Shown here: positions 48,791 to 63,247 of the stretch, piece after piece
Layout of the letters: every line of letters begins with the position of its first letter
Position numbering within the stretch: position 1 is the first letter of the stretch
Source: Veleropilina oligotropha
Taxonomy: Eukaryota
Direction of reading: 5' to 3'
NCBI GenBank assembly: GCA_048128005.1
Contig: JBEUKZ010000123.1
Span: 310,001 to 374,000, forward strand
DNA length: 64,000 bases
Position numbers and translations under genes: made by a program
Notes under the pieces: generated by a model
Told to the model about the DNA's origin: nothing
Databases searched by the model: none
Seen by the model: the letters and a program-made list of their open reading frames with translations, nothing else

Positions 48791-51700
48791 CTGCAAATAA
48801 ATTAAGAGACCTTTAAGAATTGTTAATGATATTGAACAATTATATAAAATTGACAAGCTAGGTAAATCAGACACTGATAAATTTAGTAATTACCGTAAAA
48901 TAGAATGTAAATAGAGATTACTTTTCGCATTGGGAGAAGTAAATAGCCCGCATAGGGAGAAGTACATAGCCGAGCTGTCCCATAGGTATGAACTAGTACA
49001 AAGTATATCAGAAATTGCAAACGAGGTGCATACAAATATGATACGTCATAAATAAACAGACACTAGAAAATACAATGCAACAATTAAATCAAATAAGTGT
49101 TAAAATTAAAGAAATATGGTGGTGAAAGGGGATGGTGGCGGGATTGCGAATAACACCGTCGTTTTCGACCACCAAACTCGAAACTGCGCCGAACACTGAC
49201 CACAGCTTAGAACAAAGGAATCCAATTCTAATGCTACGGGGGTTACATGTGAAAGCCTGCGGGCAGTGCTGTCAGCTGAGCGCCGCTTAGAACAAAGACA
49301 ATAAATAAATAACTACCGCTGTAGGGCATCTACGCGAGAGCCTGCGGGCATTGTAAGGATTGCACAAACCCCCAATTGCGGATCTCCAGCAATTAATACA
49401 AAGAATGCTTTCTGGCACATCGAGACGAACCAGTCGCCCTACACCAATTATTTTTCACACTAGGGATTTATATGTACAAAGACGGGCAAGTAATGGGGAG
49501 CATACCTCGAGTATGAAAATACGATAAAGTTTTGTGAATTTATATTGTTCGTTGAAGTGAATGTTGGTTTTAATTAATTATTGATTGTGTTATTGTAAAT
49601 CACATATCATTATTGCCAGTTTGTCAATAAATATGGGTCGTATCTTAGTGTTTATGATTCTGGACTGCGATGCTAGATATCAAAGTTCTATTCCCGGGAG
49701 TGTCGAGAATTTGTCACGGGTAGACCTCGTCTGCATTACACGCGTCTGTCGGACGAGACGTTAAGCCGGTCACCCAAACTACAGATATGACAGAAATGAT
49801 GTTAAAATGTGGTTGTAAAACTAAACTGATTCAAATCAATAAATAGGGTAGTAAAACAGCATATTGTCCAGATAAGACTAGGTTGTATGCATCTCATTGA
49901 ACTTTGTATGGCAGCCGGTTTACTCTAAATTTTTTCTCTAAAGAAATAAAATGTCTAGGCATTTTTGGCATTCTATTAAACGTCAGCAAATAAAATTGTA
50001 AAATAATGATGGCATGGCTTTCTGTTTTTACAATGAATGTTTATCTGTATTCTGATAGTTCACTGTTGTCGGCTGATATTCAGTTGGTAATGAAGCTAGT
50101 TGAAGTTGGTATGTAATCGCAATCTGGTGAAATAACGTTCAATGTTTAGTTTATATGGAATTCTACTGTCTGGGCCACCCACTCGAGTCTTTCCCATTGT
50201 TAAAATGATATTTAATACCTCCGTCACACTTGAAATGGGGACTCGTCCATGATAATATGTTTGCCACAGTGTCAAGTTAGAGCACAGGAATTTTGAATAG
50301 CGGCCAGATTTAATCCCATTGTTTGTGGTCAAGAGAGAGATGATAAAATGATGTTATCAGTATTGTTTGGACTCTGGCATATCGGAAACCTCGAGTGACG
50401 TCATAGTTTCTTATTAAATTGAATCGAAAGATTATGGTAATTTTAGTCACGAATCTGTAAGGGAGCTTGAAATAGTATAGGACTATATTGGAAGTAGTTC
50501 CTACGATTTGTCAGCCATTTTGAATATATAAGCAGGAGACGTTTTCCTGTGAATATATAAGCAGGAGACGTTTTCTGAATCGATATCAGCCGTGTCCGTG
50601 ATACAGGGTCTCGGAAAACTGCGCGAGAAGAGGCGTCGGAAAACGACTGGCATATAATAATTTACATTACAGCAATGTGCTGTGTTGGTCCCATTGTCAA
50701 CATATATCAAGCTCGCAGTATGTATGTGAACATAATTGGCCTAATAGGGGCTTAACCCCTATGCTAGCGTCACGGAAATTTGTACATGCATTAACTAGGC
50801 GAATATTTGTACATTTTGAAGTCTCTGAAATTTTATTTTTAAAATTATGGAGGATATACATTGTCAAACTATAATTCGTGAAAGAGTTGAATGGGGTTTG
50901 GAAGCCGTGCTTACTTCTTGTTCTTTTGGAAAACAATCGCAATGAAGCTTCAGAGAATCGGACACAAGGAATGGATCGATGCTTAATGTCCCCGAGGGGG
51001 GCACATGCCGCCCCTTTCAGCCCAAAAGGTGTTTGTGCCCTCCCTTTCCAGAGATCGTGCCTCGCGTACCTCTGACTGTGTTAACATAATTAACTAAACT
51101 AGGTAATATATTTAACTTACATATTGGCTAGTATACGTACTCAATTATGATTTTAAGTATGTGCCTCAATTGCTACTTTATTTTGAAGCAAGAAAAAATA
51201 TCAGGCATGCTGCTTCTTGTCCCATAACGATCGCACCCTTCTGGGTCACTTCAAAGTTCTTCTCTCTATAAATTTAACGTTTTGCGATCCTCTGTTAGTG
51301 TTATGACAGCAAACAGATATATGGAGCATGTCGTTGCTTCAAATCTGCCAGGCAATCCATAGAGCTTTGAATACTTGATCTGTTTTACGACCCGTTTTAG
51401 CAGTTATTCAGTGTTCAATCATATCGCAATCTGATCATATCAGAAAAAATAAAAATGTAGTGAATGGTTCATAAATGCTGGGTAAGAGATGTCGCATTTG
51501 CACTTTAAGAATGCAGGTGAGGTTAACTGTTTCACACCATTAATTGTCAAAAATATCCTTCGCGTGGGCCTCAGCCCCCACGCAGAAGACCGAATAGTAA
51601 CAAAAAACGAATTTTTTCTCATGAACCTTTGTGAAAATGGCTATAAAAATATCAAGTTTTCACTCTCAGAATGCAGGAGAGGGGGTTTCACATAGTAAAT

Positions 51701-54395
51701 TATCGCTTCTGCCCCCCCACACCGACTGTTCATATATTCGTAGGCGGATCCTGAATATAATGTATGGGAATGCTTGGTTTGTTTCTTCATCCGTTTTAGC
51801 AGTTATTCAGTCGTATCGCAATCAGGATATTACGAGTTTAAGGTCAGAAAAACAAAAAATAGTGGTGACGATGGTTCTTACTTAATCTTGGTAAGAAATG
51901 TTGCATTTGCACTCTGAGAATGCAGGAGATTTCACACCATTAATTGTCCAAATTTTTCTTCGAATATGCCTCGGCCACATGCTGAGGATTTGATAGTGAC
52001 AAAAAACGGAAATTTTCTTATGACACTCTTGGTGAAATAAATGTTTGTAAAAATATCGTGTTTTCACTCTTAGAATGCAGGAGAGGGGGTTTCACAGAGT
52101 TAATTATAATATATAATATATAATATAATAATAATAACAGGTTATGTGTACTATAAAATTTGGAGCCTGCTTTGGAAAATCATGGATCCATCCCGGATAC
52201 AATATGACCATTTTGGAAATCTTTCCGGAAGGGATGCATGCAAAAGAAATCTGCTTAGAGGCCTACTGCGAGCCGGCTCTAAGATGCAATCTGTAATAAT
52301 AATATTTCAGGAGGGGATGCTAAAAATCGTGCCGCCCCTTTTGATAATTCCTGGACACGCCACTGATGTCCTGTATATTTACAACCATCAGGGTCAAAGC
52401 AGGACATGCATACAGTATGTGTAGACTTGTGTTGCACGAAAGGTCTAACCGACATTCCAAATGCTATATACCCCACTAATACCCCGGGGGCCAAGACCAT
52501 GTTTTATAGGGGAGGTGGACACCATCTGCTGTAAAAGGATGGTGGCTATTTTTCATCAATATGGACCCCTGGAACGCATCTAGGGTAGCCAGCCTTCTGG
52601 AAAATCCACAGGGACTTTTTTTGAAATGATTTATGGTCTTAACCCATCTCTGTAGCTTCACCGAAAAATGATAGATTGTTTCTTATTAGTGTAGCAGAAT
52701 GGTGAAACAATTGTGGGTTTCATGGTAAAAGCACCTAGTTTGGCAGAAATGCAAGTCAGGGAAAGTTGACAAAAAGTGGATATGGTGCCCAAAAATACAT
52801 GATGGCTGCCCAAATCATCAAAAATGGTATAATTCACTATATTTGTTAATAATAATACACTTTTATTAATTTTTTGCTCGTAAAATAAGATTCAGTCTAC
52901 ACTACCAACCCTGTAAGCTTAAGCAAAATATCCAAATGATTTTCCAGAATTCATGAAAATGGTGTATTGCACCATATTACTTGATATATGGTATTTAACT
53001 ATTTATTACCGTAACAATGTGTGGTTTTTCTCTTAAAATAAGCTAGCTAGTGTACACTACTAACTAGGTAAGATTTTTTATCAAAACAAAAAATCCAACA
53101 TGGCTGTCAAAATACATGAAAATGGTGCATTTCACCATATTGCTTCGGAATAATGTACATTTGTTTAGAATAAAGAAAATGAGATATTTGGCATCGTTTC
53201 AAACTTAACATCAGAAGCATTTTTGTTTTGCCAGATACGATCACAAACCAAGTTTCAAATTAAGTCAGAAAATTCAAGTCCCTGAGCATTGGAAACAAAG
53301 CGGACGCACCCATTTTCAGGTTATAGGGTATATCCAACCAACAGCATTTTAAACGCATTGCAGAAGTTTAATTACTGCTCTTTCTGCAATATTATCTCTT
53401 AAGTCTGATGAATGCATGGGCATATTTTCCCACATTTTAAGGGAGAAATGCACCCCTTGATACCCCACCCTCCAATTCGTGTCGCCCGTTCGGAAAATGA
53501 TAAATGCTAATATATTATAATGACAATCAGACACATATACCCCCTTTCGCATTTTGAGCTACTAATAATCAGTTGGTGAAAGAATTTCATATTACAATCA
53601 TGGTCATGGTCAACACAACATCCTATTAGTGCATCATATAATATCTGCTATTGATCCAGAGAAGTACGGTTCGCTTCTGTCCATGCACTCTTACAAGTCC
53701 TACAAGAAGATACAATAAAATATTCGCAGTACCTTGATGATGGCCAATCCTAACCATCTGAAAAACTAGTGAAATCTAGTCAAGCATTGGTTATCATTCA
53801 AAGCTCGTGAAGGTGGTAAAGATTACACATTGGCAAGTATTCGAATACAGAAGTTTCTGGAAGGATTAACCGATGATGAATTTCGTCAGCATGTTCATCT
53901 AATAACCACACATCGCAATAAAAAGTGTATGCTATTCCAGATTCAAATGAAAAGTTGGCAATAAACTGGAACTGCAGCCAATAATGGCGAACATGTGGCG
54001 ATAGGGCCGAGATACGACCAGTTTACATCGTTTGATACAATCTCGATAATGCAGTCACATACAGCGATTGCTCTTAAAACTGGTGGTATATCATCGTACA
54101 ATTGGTGGTATGCATGATTATTCGATCGTTAACTACTGGAGAAGATCCATCACAAGAGCAGTCTTAGGTAGTCTTGTGACTAGTGATGATAGTCAGAGAC
54201 CCGATGAGATACAAAGACTAGCATTCGTGCGTCGGCATCAATAGTCACCTAGCGCTCAAGGGGTGCACTTCGTCTCAACTGCAACCCACAACTTCACAAT
54301 ACGCTCTGCCTCCTAAGAATGGGAAGGGCCGTGGGATGATGACCTGCCGGAATCTGATGTCGGGGAGGTTTTGGCTGAAATCCAACCAGTACCGA

Positions 54396-55028
54396 CACGG
54401 GCCTTTGTCGCATGCCAGAAAATCGTTCGATCAATGATGCGCCCGGTCGCCTGGTATCTATTATATAAGAGAGGGTAGATAACTCGAGTGTGACACGTCC
54501 CGCTTCCAGACTCAATTTTCTTATTATTAATAAACTCTGAACCAAACCATTGCTTTCACGCTATGCGCAACATATTTACCTGTAATCACCAACAATGACA
54601 ACGACGAAAATCCATTACGTAACAAGAAAAGCGACAGTTATTCATTCTTTACCCCAACTCTGTACGAACCGATGGTACCATGCCGCCTGCCGCCATTTTA
54701 TATACATATACTTTCAAGTAACAGCCAATGAGATCGTGCGGCATGGTACCATCGGTTCGTACAGAGTTGGGGTAAAGAATGAATAACTGTCGCTTTTCTT
54801 GTTACGTAATGGATTTTCGTCGTTGTCATTGTTGGTGATTACAGGTAAATATGTTGCGCATAGCGTGAAAGCAATGGTTTGGTTCAGAGTTTATTAATAA
54901 TAAGAAAATTGAGTCTGGAAGCGGGACGTGTCACACTAGAGTTATCTACCCTCTCTTATATAATAGATACCAGGCGACCGGGCGCATCATTGATCGAACG
55001 ATTTTCTGGCATGCGACAAAGGCCCGTG
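54396..55028. mobile_element. Foldback MITE: 291-bp near-perfect arms, 51-bp spacer, 8-bp TSD AGTACCGA
   Basis: Arms 54396-54686 and 54738-55028 (1 mismatch seen); TSD at 54388-54395 and 55029-55036. Confidence 0.92.
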
Positions 55029-55399
55029 AGTACCGACCACGCACAAGTTAAATCTGCCCGGGACATGCCAGCCAAACCACATGATACGGTGACGACTCAG
55101 CAGGGGAAGAGGCGGCCCGCTTTGTGAGCCTGGACGTTTCATGGAGAAACAGTTCGTTGGAACATGCGCATGTCGTTGGTGAAATTGCCCTGTGACTCTT
55201 CTTTCCATTTCACTCATTAGATTGATGTAGTTGCCATATAAGAATCGCCTCTCGATCCAGGGACCCAGTATTGGCGCCTACTTTCTTTGAGATGGATTCT
55301 TCATACGACTGGTCACGGCACTCAGATGTTGATGATGCCCCATCTAAAGCTGGGCCAACATAAGTTCGAGGAGGCAGTATTACATCTGCCATAGGGATA

Positions 55400-57720
55400 T
55401 TAATAATAATAATAATAATAAATGCTTTATTTAATGAGCGAGTACAGTTAGCAACAATGCCAATCTTCCCTGAGTCCCTCACTAACTACTATACGAGATT
55501 AATATAATGACTATGCTAAACAATAAACATAATAAGTAATGCTATTATGTAGTACATGTACAAGTAAACTAACGTATATTAGCTAAATACTATAATACAG
55601 GTACAATGTAAATTAGGCAAGACAATAATTAACAGGCAATATGCAATACACAAGAAATTTGCACATTATAAGGAAATAGTGTAATTATGTACAAGTAAAA
55701 TAACCTACAACATAACTAAATACTAGAACACTGGAATAATGTAACGTAAATGGCACAACTAAAAATAAAAATAAAAATAATTAAAAGGAAATATGCACCG
55801 AGATGCAATCAGGTATGTTAAAATAGGCAACACATAGTTTTACATATTTGGAAAATCTATATCAGGGGCGAGGGATATTTTCATTTTCATAATGGTGTAA
55901 AACGTTTTTCATATCTTTAAATTTATTTACAGAAGTGACATCTTTAACTAATGGGGGAAGAGTATTCCAAAGCTGAGCTCCTCGATAGCAAAATGTCCTT
56001 CTTAATGATTCGGTCTTAGGTTTTTCAACATATAACGTTTTGTATGTTGAGGATCTCAAGTATTTAGTAGAAATCTCTTCCACAAAACGGAATTTGTTTG
56101 ACAGATAATCAGGGCCAAGATTATTCATACATTTATACATTAGAGTACCAGTGTGCAGCTTGATACGATCAGAAAAAGGTAACCAATTTAATGATTTAAA
56201 CATAGAGGCACTTGGCTCATCGAAGCTAGCATCTAAAATAACCCTGGCGGCCTGTTTTTGGAGTCGTTCGATACGTCTGCAACAAGTTAAAGAGCAGTTG
56301 CCCCAGACTGTACAGCAGTACTCCATAATAGATTGAATATAACAATTATAAAAAAGTTTGCGACTTTCTGCAGGTAGGTACTTTTTAATCCTACGCAAAA
56401 GAGCGATTCTTGATGACACCAAAGAGCAAGTATGGTCAATATGTGCGTTCCATGTTAAATTTTTATCAATGTGAACGCCTAGTAATTTTTCATTAGTAGA
56501 ACATTTAATAACTTCATTATTTAACATGATTTCCATATCACAATGACTTAACTTTTGTCGACTGCCAATCAATAATTATTTAGTTTTGTCTATATTAATT
56601 GCCATGCCATTGTCGTGACACCACATATCGATATTTTCAAGATCAGCTTTAATATTGTCTGTTATTATCTTGATATCTGAACCTGAAGAATGAATTGTGG
56701 TGTCGTCAGCCAACAGTTCTACTTGACAATTATTTACATTCAATGGTAGATCATTTATAAAAAGTAAAAATAATATAGGTCCAAGGATGGAGCCTTGGGG
56801 AACGCCGGACTCCATTGTTGTAGTTTGGGAATGCGCATTGCCAATACATACTTTTTGTGTCCTGTCGAATAGATATGATTTAAACCATGATCAATAATGA
56901 GGACTGATCTGATAAAGTGATAACTTCTGAAGTAAAATATCATGATCAACCAGATCAAATGCCTTTCGTAAATCCACCAGCATAACACCAGTGATGTCAC
57001 CGTTGTCCATGTTTGACAACCATTCATCAGTCATTTTGGTTAAAGCAGTCTGGCAGGAATGCTTTCTTCTGAATCCTGATTGGCAATCATGTAAAAGTGA
57101 ATGATCATTTAAATAGTCGCTTAATAGATTAGTAACATGCCTTTCAATTACTTTTGAGATAGTGGGTAAGATGGAAATTGGCCTATAATTTTCAGCTTTA
57201 GTTTTGCTTCCTTTTTTGTGAATAGGAATTATTCGTGCTTGCTTTAGTTTATTTGGAAAAATACCCTTACTTAAACTTAGATTAAATATGTAAGCAAGTG
57301 GCTTGGACACAATGTTTGATGAGAGCTTTAATAATTTTGGACCAATACCATCCAGGCCAGCTGATTTTGCACAGTTCAATGAATCTAAAGATGTCATTAC
57401 ATCTTCACAGGAAATATATTTTATTTCCAGTATATCTGAAACAGAGAGTTTTGTTTGAATATATTCTTTCAATCTCCCTAGGTCAGGGTTGCTGGAGGTA
57501 TTCGTTTTTAATATACAAACAATATCAGCAAAGTATTTACTTAAAGTAGTCTCAATGGTTTCATGATCATCAGCCAGGATGTCGTTACTCTCAATACAGG
57601 AAGGGTATGGTACATTGCAGTTTTTAATTTTAGTCAAGTCTTTTAACGCATCCCACATGTTTTGTCTTTTACAGCATTTTCTATAAGCATTTTCTTTGAT
57701 AAGTGTATTAAACTTTTAGC
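55400..57720 (-). mobile_element. 5'-truncated CR1/L2-group LINE with disrupted RT
   Basis: YRPISILPTISKVIE, QSGFR, VDLRKAFDLVDH, GVPQGSILGPILF and LADDT motifs, with a frameshift and a stop. The 3' end has AATAAA and a (TTA)n tail at ~55400-55432. Confidence 0.9.
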
Positions 57721-58149
57721 TTTGTTCCTCCATACTTTGTAATTGTCAGACCATTCCACTTCGTATATTCTCTTCGGTAGTCGCAGTGGAGTGACCTGAA
57801 CCCCAGAAGCCACTCCAAATATGATGGTCTCTGGAAGCTAAAGACTGACGGTACCATTATTCATAAGGTCGTGCAACCATTCTGGACAGGTCGTGACTGG
57901 TTGCACTACCGAGCGTGAGGTCGTACGACAAGTGACACCACCAACCGTCGGTGGCACGTATATTTGCACAGTCAATCGTGAAACTGCTTAACCTGCGATC
58001 ATAGATGACTGGTGGTGCGACCATTCGAGACTGGTCGACAGTAGACAGAGTTTGTTCTGGCGATCACCCACGACCTCTGCGACCAGTAGCGCTCTTTCTA
58101 AGATTTGCTCGGCATTCCAACATTTTGATCGCAAATAGGCTGTAGCCTG

Positions 58150-58770
58150 GTCACATGCTCGGTGTGACTGGTGCTTCACGCCTGATGTCTAATCCAATTA
58201 AAGTGTCAATAACTGTATTGCCATATAACTTTATTGCTTCACATGGCCATGCACCGGACTCCGATAACACTCCGCAGTTATGCCAGTGGGGTGGTATAGA
58301 GGTCCAGTGTATAACCATGTGGAATGTGAGCAAGGAGGTAGCTGTCAACTCGCTAAAGTGTACGACATACGGAAAGTGAGCACACAGAGGTGTAGTGGGG
58401 TGCATGCAGCGAGTGCGACGTTCCTGTGCAGGAGAGACATTCCACTGGTGGAGGATACAGAGGAGCGGCGTGTCTCTGTGGGACAGACTGACGAGTGAGG
58501 GGTTGAGAAGACGGCTGGGGGTGGAGGACATTGTGAGGAGCAGACACAGATAATTTGGACATGTGGAGCGGAAGGATGACGACGACTGGGTGCAGGGCCC
58601 CTACCGGCAGACCAAGGAAAATGAAGCAGCACTCTGTGTATATTGAAATGCGACAGTTGGAAGTCATCCAGGGTGATGCTCAGGACAGATGGAGAGCAAC
58701 CATATGAAGGACAAGACCGCACCCAGCGGTGCCTGGAAACCTGCCCTCGTCTCCGACATGATGATGACTA
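58150..58770 (+). pseudogene. Degraded non-LTR retrotransposon 3' fragment (RTE-like)
   Basis: Residual ORF2 C-terminal phrases (..LTSEGLRRRLGVEDIVRSR..FGHVERKD) with stops, and a (GAT)n-like tail. Confidence 0.5.
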
Positions 58771-59338
58771 ACTATTCTCTACTCCAATCATGTTACTGTA
58801 CACAAGAATAATCAGGCAGTAGTGGTATGTATCAAAGAAGATGTACTATTAACCTATGAAAGCTGAACAGGTCACCGGATTCGATATATTGACTTTCTGA
58901 TCAACGGATTCATTATATTGACCTGCCAAGCAACAAACATGACGTTATAATTCATACGCTCGCCTTTTGTTCAATGGGAGTGGACAAAAATACGCTGTCC
59001 TATCAATATGTATTGGTGTCATCAATTTTGGTTTAATAATGTATGCTCTTAATACTGTTATTCAATTAAGGGGTGTATGTAATTATTCATATGTATTGAG
59101 ATGCAATGATTCATTTGATAATTATATACGCATGTCCTTAATAATAATAAGTATGATGTCCATTGTTTATAACGTGTTTAATGAAATTAACTTACTATTG
59201 CTACTACACTCCCGTTTGACTGGTGCCATTTTTTACAGCTGGGGTAAAATAATAAATCATTCTATAAAATAGTCCCTGTGGATTTCTCAGAAAGCTGGCC
59301 AACCTAGAATTATTCCATGGGGATACAATTATAAATGA

Positions 59339-60757
59339 AACAAGTGTGGGAGCCACACATTATCCCATCGCTTTGTCGTAATTGATGGGGGCCGCTTCGG
59401 CAGCGCAGTGGGTAGAGTGTCCACTCTAAATTCACTGGCTTGATTCCGCTAATGCGAACAGTAGTGGGTTCAATACCTGGCTGAGGCATTGAAATTTGTT
59501 CAAGTTATGAATCACAGTTGTCCGTGACTGGCCGGGTTTACCCGGGTGACCGGGGTTTCCTCCCGCGATAACACGGACATGTCCTGCCTTGAACCTCGAT
59601 GTTGTAAATATACAGGACATTAAGCATCATTCCTCCTCCTCGTAATTGATGGTGTACATTTTAAAGTTATTTAAGTTAATAAAGGGGAATAACTGTGCAC
59701 ATACTTTTAGCCAAATGTAACATGACCCGTATTTTATTTGCAACAGTCACAAGATGCGAACAATATCTGATGCGAGGTTATGAAGATAATTAACGGAAAC
59801 TAAATATTTATGTCCAAAAAGGGAGACAACAGTGGGAATATTTGTCGAAGTTCTGCCGTTCGAAATTGAATTGATCTCCGAGCTATTATTTGGAAATCGC
59901 CATAAGATTTGAACGACATCCGATGCGCGGTCATGAAGATAATTGATGGAAACAAAATGTTTATGTAAATAAGGGGGCATAACTGGGGTAATATTTGGCG
60001 AAATAATACCAAATTCAATAGGCATCTAGTTTATGTCCAAAGAAACCTGCATACCAAATTTGAACTCCCTAGTCATCACGGGTTTCGCGATATCTGTGGG
60101 GATAACTGTGCAAATATTTGTCGGAATAATACCAAATTCAATAGGAACCTCGTTAATGTCCCACTAAACATGCATACCAAATTTGGACCCCCTATCTATT
60201 ACGCTTTTCCTGATATCCTGTTCACATCGTGAGGAACAAAGTTTTTGTCGAAAAGGGGAATATTTGTCGGAATATCAAATTAAATAGGAAACTAGTGTAT
60301 ATCCATATAAACCGGCATACCAATATTTTAAACTCCCTAGCTATTATGGTTTTCTTGATATCGTGTTCACGTCGTCTGAAACGGAAAGTTTATGTCGAAA
60401 AAGGAGGATAACTGTGCAAATATTCGACGAAATATTCTGAAATTCAGTAGCAACCTAGTTTATGTCCCAATAAACATGCATACCGACTTTGAATACCCTA
60501 GCTGTTATGGTTTTCATGATATCCTGTTCGTCGTCCGAAACGAAAATTTATGTCGAAAAATGGGGATAACTGTGGAAATATTTGCAGGAATAATCTGAAA
60601 TTTAATAGCAACCTAGTTAATGTCCCACTAAACATGCATACCAAATTTGAATTCCCTAGCAGTTACGGATTTCCTGATATCCTGTTCACGTCGTCTATAC
60701 GGACAGACTACGTGACGACTTAATCCAATCGTTTTTTGCAAAACCGATGGGATAAAA
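59339..60757 (-). mobile_element. HINE-like element with ~175-bp internal tandem repeats
   Basis: On the - strand: 5' tttttatcccatcg plus inverted partner and gtctgtccgt; 3' cgatgggataa plus stem-loop tgtgtgg..ccacac and ttgtt. Internal gggataactgtg..aaacatgcatacc repeats. Confidence 0.7.
59389..59639 (+). mobile_element. Full-length tRNA-derived SINE family A with ~13-bp TSD
   Basis: A-box-like GGCAGCGCAGTGG, B-box GGTTCAATACC and (CCT)n tail. TCGTAATTGATGG at 59376-59388 and 59640-59652. Confidence 0.88.
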
Positions 60758-60984
60758 ATGACACCAGCCTTTTACAACAGACTGTGTCCACCTATCCCCC
60801 TTGGCCCTCTGGGTATAATGTAGTAAGCATGAATACATTTGATTTTGCAAAGACAACCATTGCATCAAAATCACATCTTATCATCACAAAGAAATTAACA
60901 GCTTAGAAATTAACAGTTTAATGACATTTATTAATTTTTCAATCGTATCAAGTCAGAACTGCAGTTGAACACCGTTGCGAGCTG

Positions 60985-61134
60985 GGCCCCGTTTCACAAA
61001 AAATCGTAGACGTAAACGTAATAGAATCTTACGACAATTTTGATTGGCTGTTAAACTTAAACAGCCAATCAAAAATTGTCGAAAGATTCTATTACGTTTA
61101 CGTTTACGTCTACGATTTTTTGTGAAACGGGGCC
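60985..61134. mobile_element. Palindromic Harbinger-like MITE
   Basis: GGCCCCGTTTCACAAAAAATCGTAGACG...CGTCTACGATTTTTTGTGAAACGGGGCC; the whole element is a hairpin with CTG/CCG flanks. Confidence 0.75.
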
Positions 61135-61467
61135 CCGGACACTCAATATACATTAAGTCAATATAATTATGTACCTCTGTATTCAGAACCAAACACACAC
61201 TCACCACTAATAAACATTCTGGTATATCTGAAGTAAACTAGACAGTTGACACGTAACAACGCCTGATTCATGTCTTTAACACGAAAGCAGTAAAATTTAT
61301 TTCAAATAACAATCAAATACACTACAAAACATAAGAATCATGAAATATACACAACAATGTTCGAATTGTGCAACAATGGCAACATTAAATCTTTCACTCA
61401 GCTACATCAAGTCTCTAGGCATTTGCTGCAAAAGTGCTATTGGTCAAGTGGATAGCGTCTATTAATC

Positions 61468-61646
61468 TTAATACCTATCACTGCCTTGATAATTACGGTA
61501 CATATGGCTAGCCAGCATGACCTCCCTTTGATTGCCATATAGTTCTCTACGACCAAAATACATTCGTTCCTTGTGGGCCATCTTCATAAAGGCTCCGGCA
61601 GTGGCGAAGGCAAGCCCCAAGCCAATACCAAGTTTCTGACTTTTGA
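61468..61646 (-). CDS. NDUFA11: NDUFA11/Tim17-family gene, last exon
   Basis: ttttttcag|FKSQKLGIGLGLAFATAGAFMKMAHKE..DRY TAA, phase-compatible with the upstream exon. Confidence 0.7.
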
Positions 61647-62132
61647 CTGAAAAAAATGAGTCAATAGTTTACATGTAAGTGATGATGAAGAATTAATGTT
61701 TAACGACCATGCATTCCTGTTTGCCAATATAGCGTATTTCAGTCAATTCGGGTCGATCAGCTTTGCCTGATGCAGTGAATTGGTGCTCTGTGCAAATGGA
61801 GGCAGTGATTTACATGCAAGTAACAAGGCAATCCGAGATTGCAAACCTTTGCCATGGTTGCAAGGAATATGATGGTGAGAGCCATAAATCTTTGCGAACA
61901 TTATTAGCCTAATTTTTTTAAGTTTGTATGGCGAAGAGTTAACTTATAGATCTTGAATTGGTGACTGGGATTAAAACACTAGATTTAGCTGGGCTTTCAG
62001 CCGGGTCACTGAGTGGCTAGTTGTTTATTTGTGCAGTAAGGATGGATGGATTGTTTGATGCTTAATGTCTTGTATAATTACAGCCATCAGATTCCAGGCA
62101 GGACATGTCCAGCATATAATCGCGGGAGGACT

Positions 62133-62556
62133 CAGGGCTCGATTTATATGGTAGTCCTGGAGCCCCAGGCTCCTAGAAATGGCATGGGGCTCCAAGATTC
62201 TATGGTGAGGTAGTCCTTCTGGCTTCTATACATTTTTAAGCACTTCATAGGATTTAGAAGAATCTGAATATGTAATAAACATGATATTCTCTTATTATTA
62301 CAAATTTTCAGCATAAAAGACTGCCAAACTGAGTCAAGAAGGAAGTTTATAATGATTATATAACATTTGTTTTGAGATATTACGTGGAATCCATAGTGAG
62401 TTCCTTTCATATATTTTATGGGAGATAAAATGGATGTTGTATAAAATAGCACGAGCATAATATTAGAAGGGCTCCTGAAAATTAGTGTGGGCTCCTAGAT
62501 TTGAAATGCTAGGAGCCCTATGGGTTCCTGGATTTAAAATGCTAAATCGAGCCCTG
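62133..62556. mobile_element. hAT-like MITE inserted in a SINE A copy
   Basis: CAGGGCTCGATTTA...TAAATCGAGCCCTG TIR, GAGGAC on both flanks, and subterminal GGCTCCTAG repeats. Confidence 0.7.
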
Positions 62557-62789
62557 GAGGACAACTGCGATTGATAACTGAACAATGAACGTTAATGCCC
62601 CAGTCGAGATTCTATCCCACTCTTGTTAGTTAACACAATAGAGCTAGTGATTTCGGACTAATGGCACTTGATATCATACGACTACCGGGGCGGACTGTGC
62701 AGAAATGACAGAACATTAATATGATCGTTATTAATTAATTATTACTGCAATCACAATGGGAAAATTATCCAAACAATATAAATACATAC

Positions 62790-62912
62790 AACGTGCTCCA
62801 AAGATCGCTCCAGCAACAAATCCCGCTGGGATGTGGTTAAAGGTGTCATCTTTATAATTGCGTAAATGCGCCATCATGCAAACAGTGGATCCATAAGCCA
62901 GTCCAGCACCAG
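62790..62912 (-). CDS. NDUFA11: NDUFA11/Tim17-family gene, penultimate exon
   Basis: ccttcag|AGAGLAYGSTVCMMAHLRNYKDDTFNHIPAGFVAGAIFGAR|gtatgt carries the R..KDD..N...GG..AG Tim17-family signature. The 5' exons probably lie beyond the window. Confidence 0.8.
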
Positions 62913-62971
62913 CTGAAGGGAAAATATACACCTATCACAATGGTATATATAGACATAAATATAACAATTAG

Positions 62972-63170
62972 TGATGATGATGATGAATTGATGTTCAACG
63001 ACCACGCCAACAGTATTTCAGTTATAAATCTGGTCAATCAACTTTGAATGATGAGATGAGTTGGTGCTGTGTGCAATGGAGGCAGCGATCATTGGAAAAA
63101 TCCCTGGCACTCCCGGGGCTTGAACCCGTGACCACCCGTTTAGTAGACATGCACCGTATCCACTCAGCCA
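62972..63170 (-). mobile_element. Second tRNA-derived SINE family (tail also at ~61680-61810)
   Basis: On the - strand: TGGCTGAGTGG A-box, GGTTCAAGCCC B-box and (CAT)n tail. Confidence 0.6.
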
Positions 63171-63216
63171 ATTACAGTAGGGAAGAGAGCACGGTTACAA
63201 CAACTTGATATATATG

Positions 63217-63247
<31 letters not shown>

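Noticed and set aside
54294..55127. Two ORFs with identical N-termini (MVQSLLIIRK..) as duplicated genes
   Set aside because: A by-product of the foldback inverted repeat; no motifs.
63097..63170. tRNA gene
   Set aside because: A/B boxes are present but there is no convincing cloverleaf, and it is attached to a repeated SINE body and tail.
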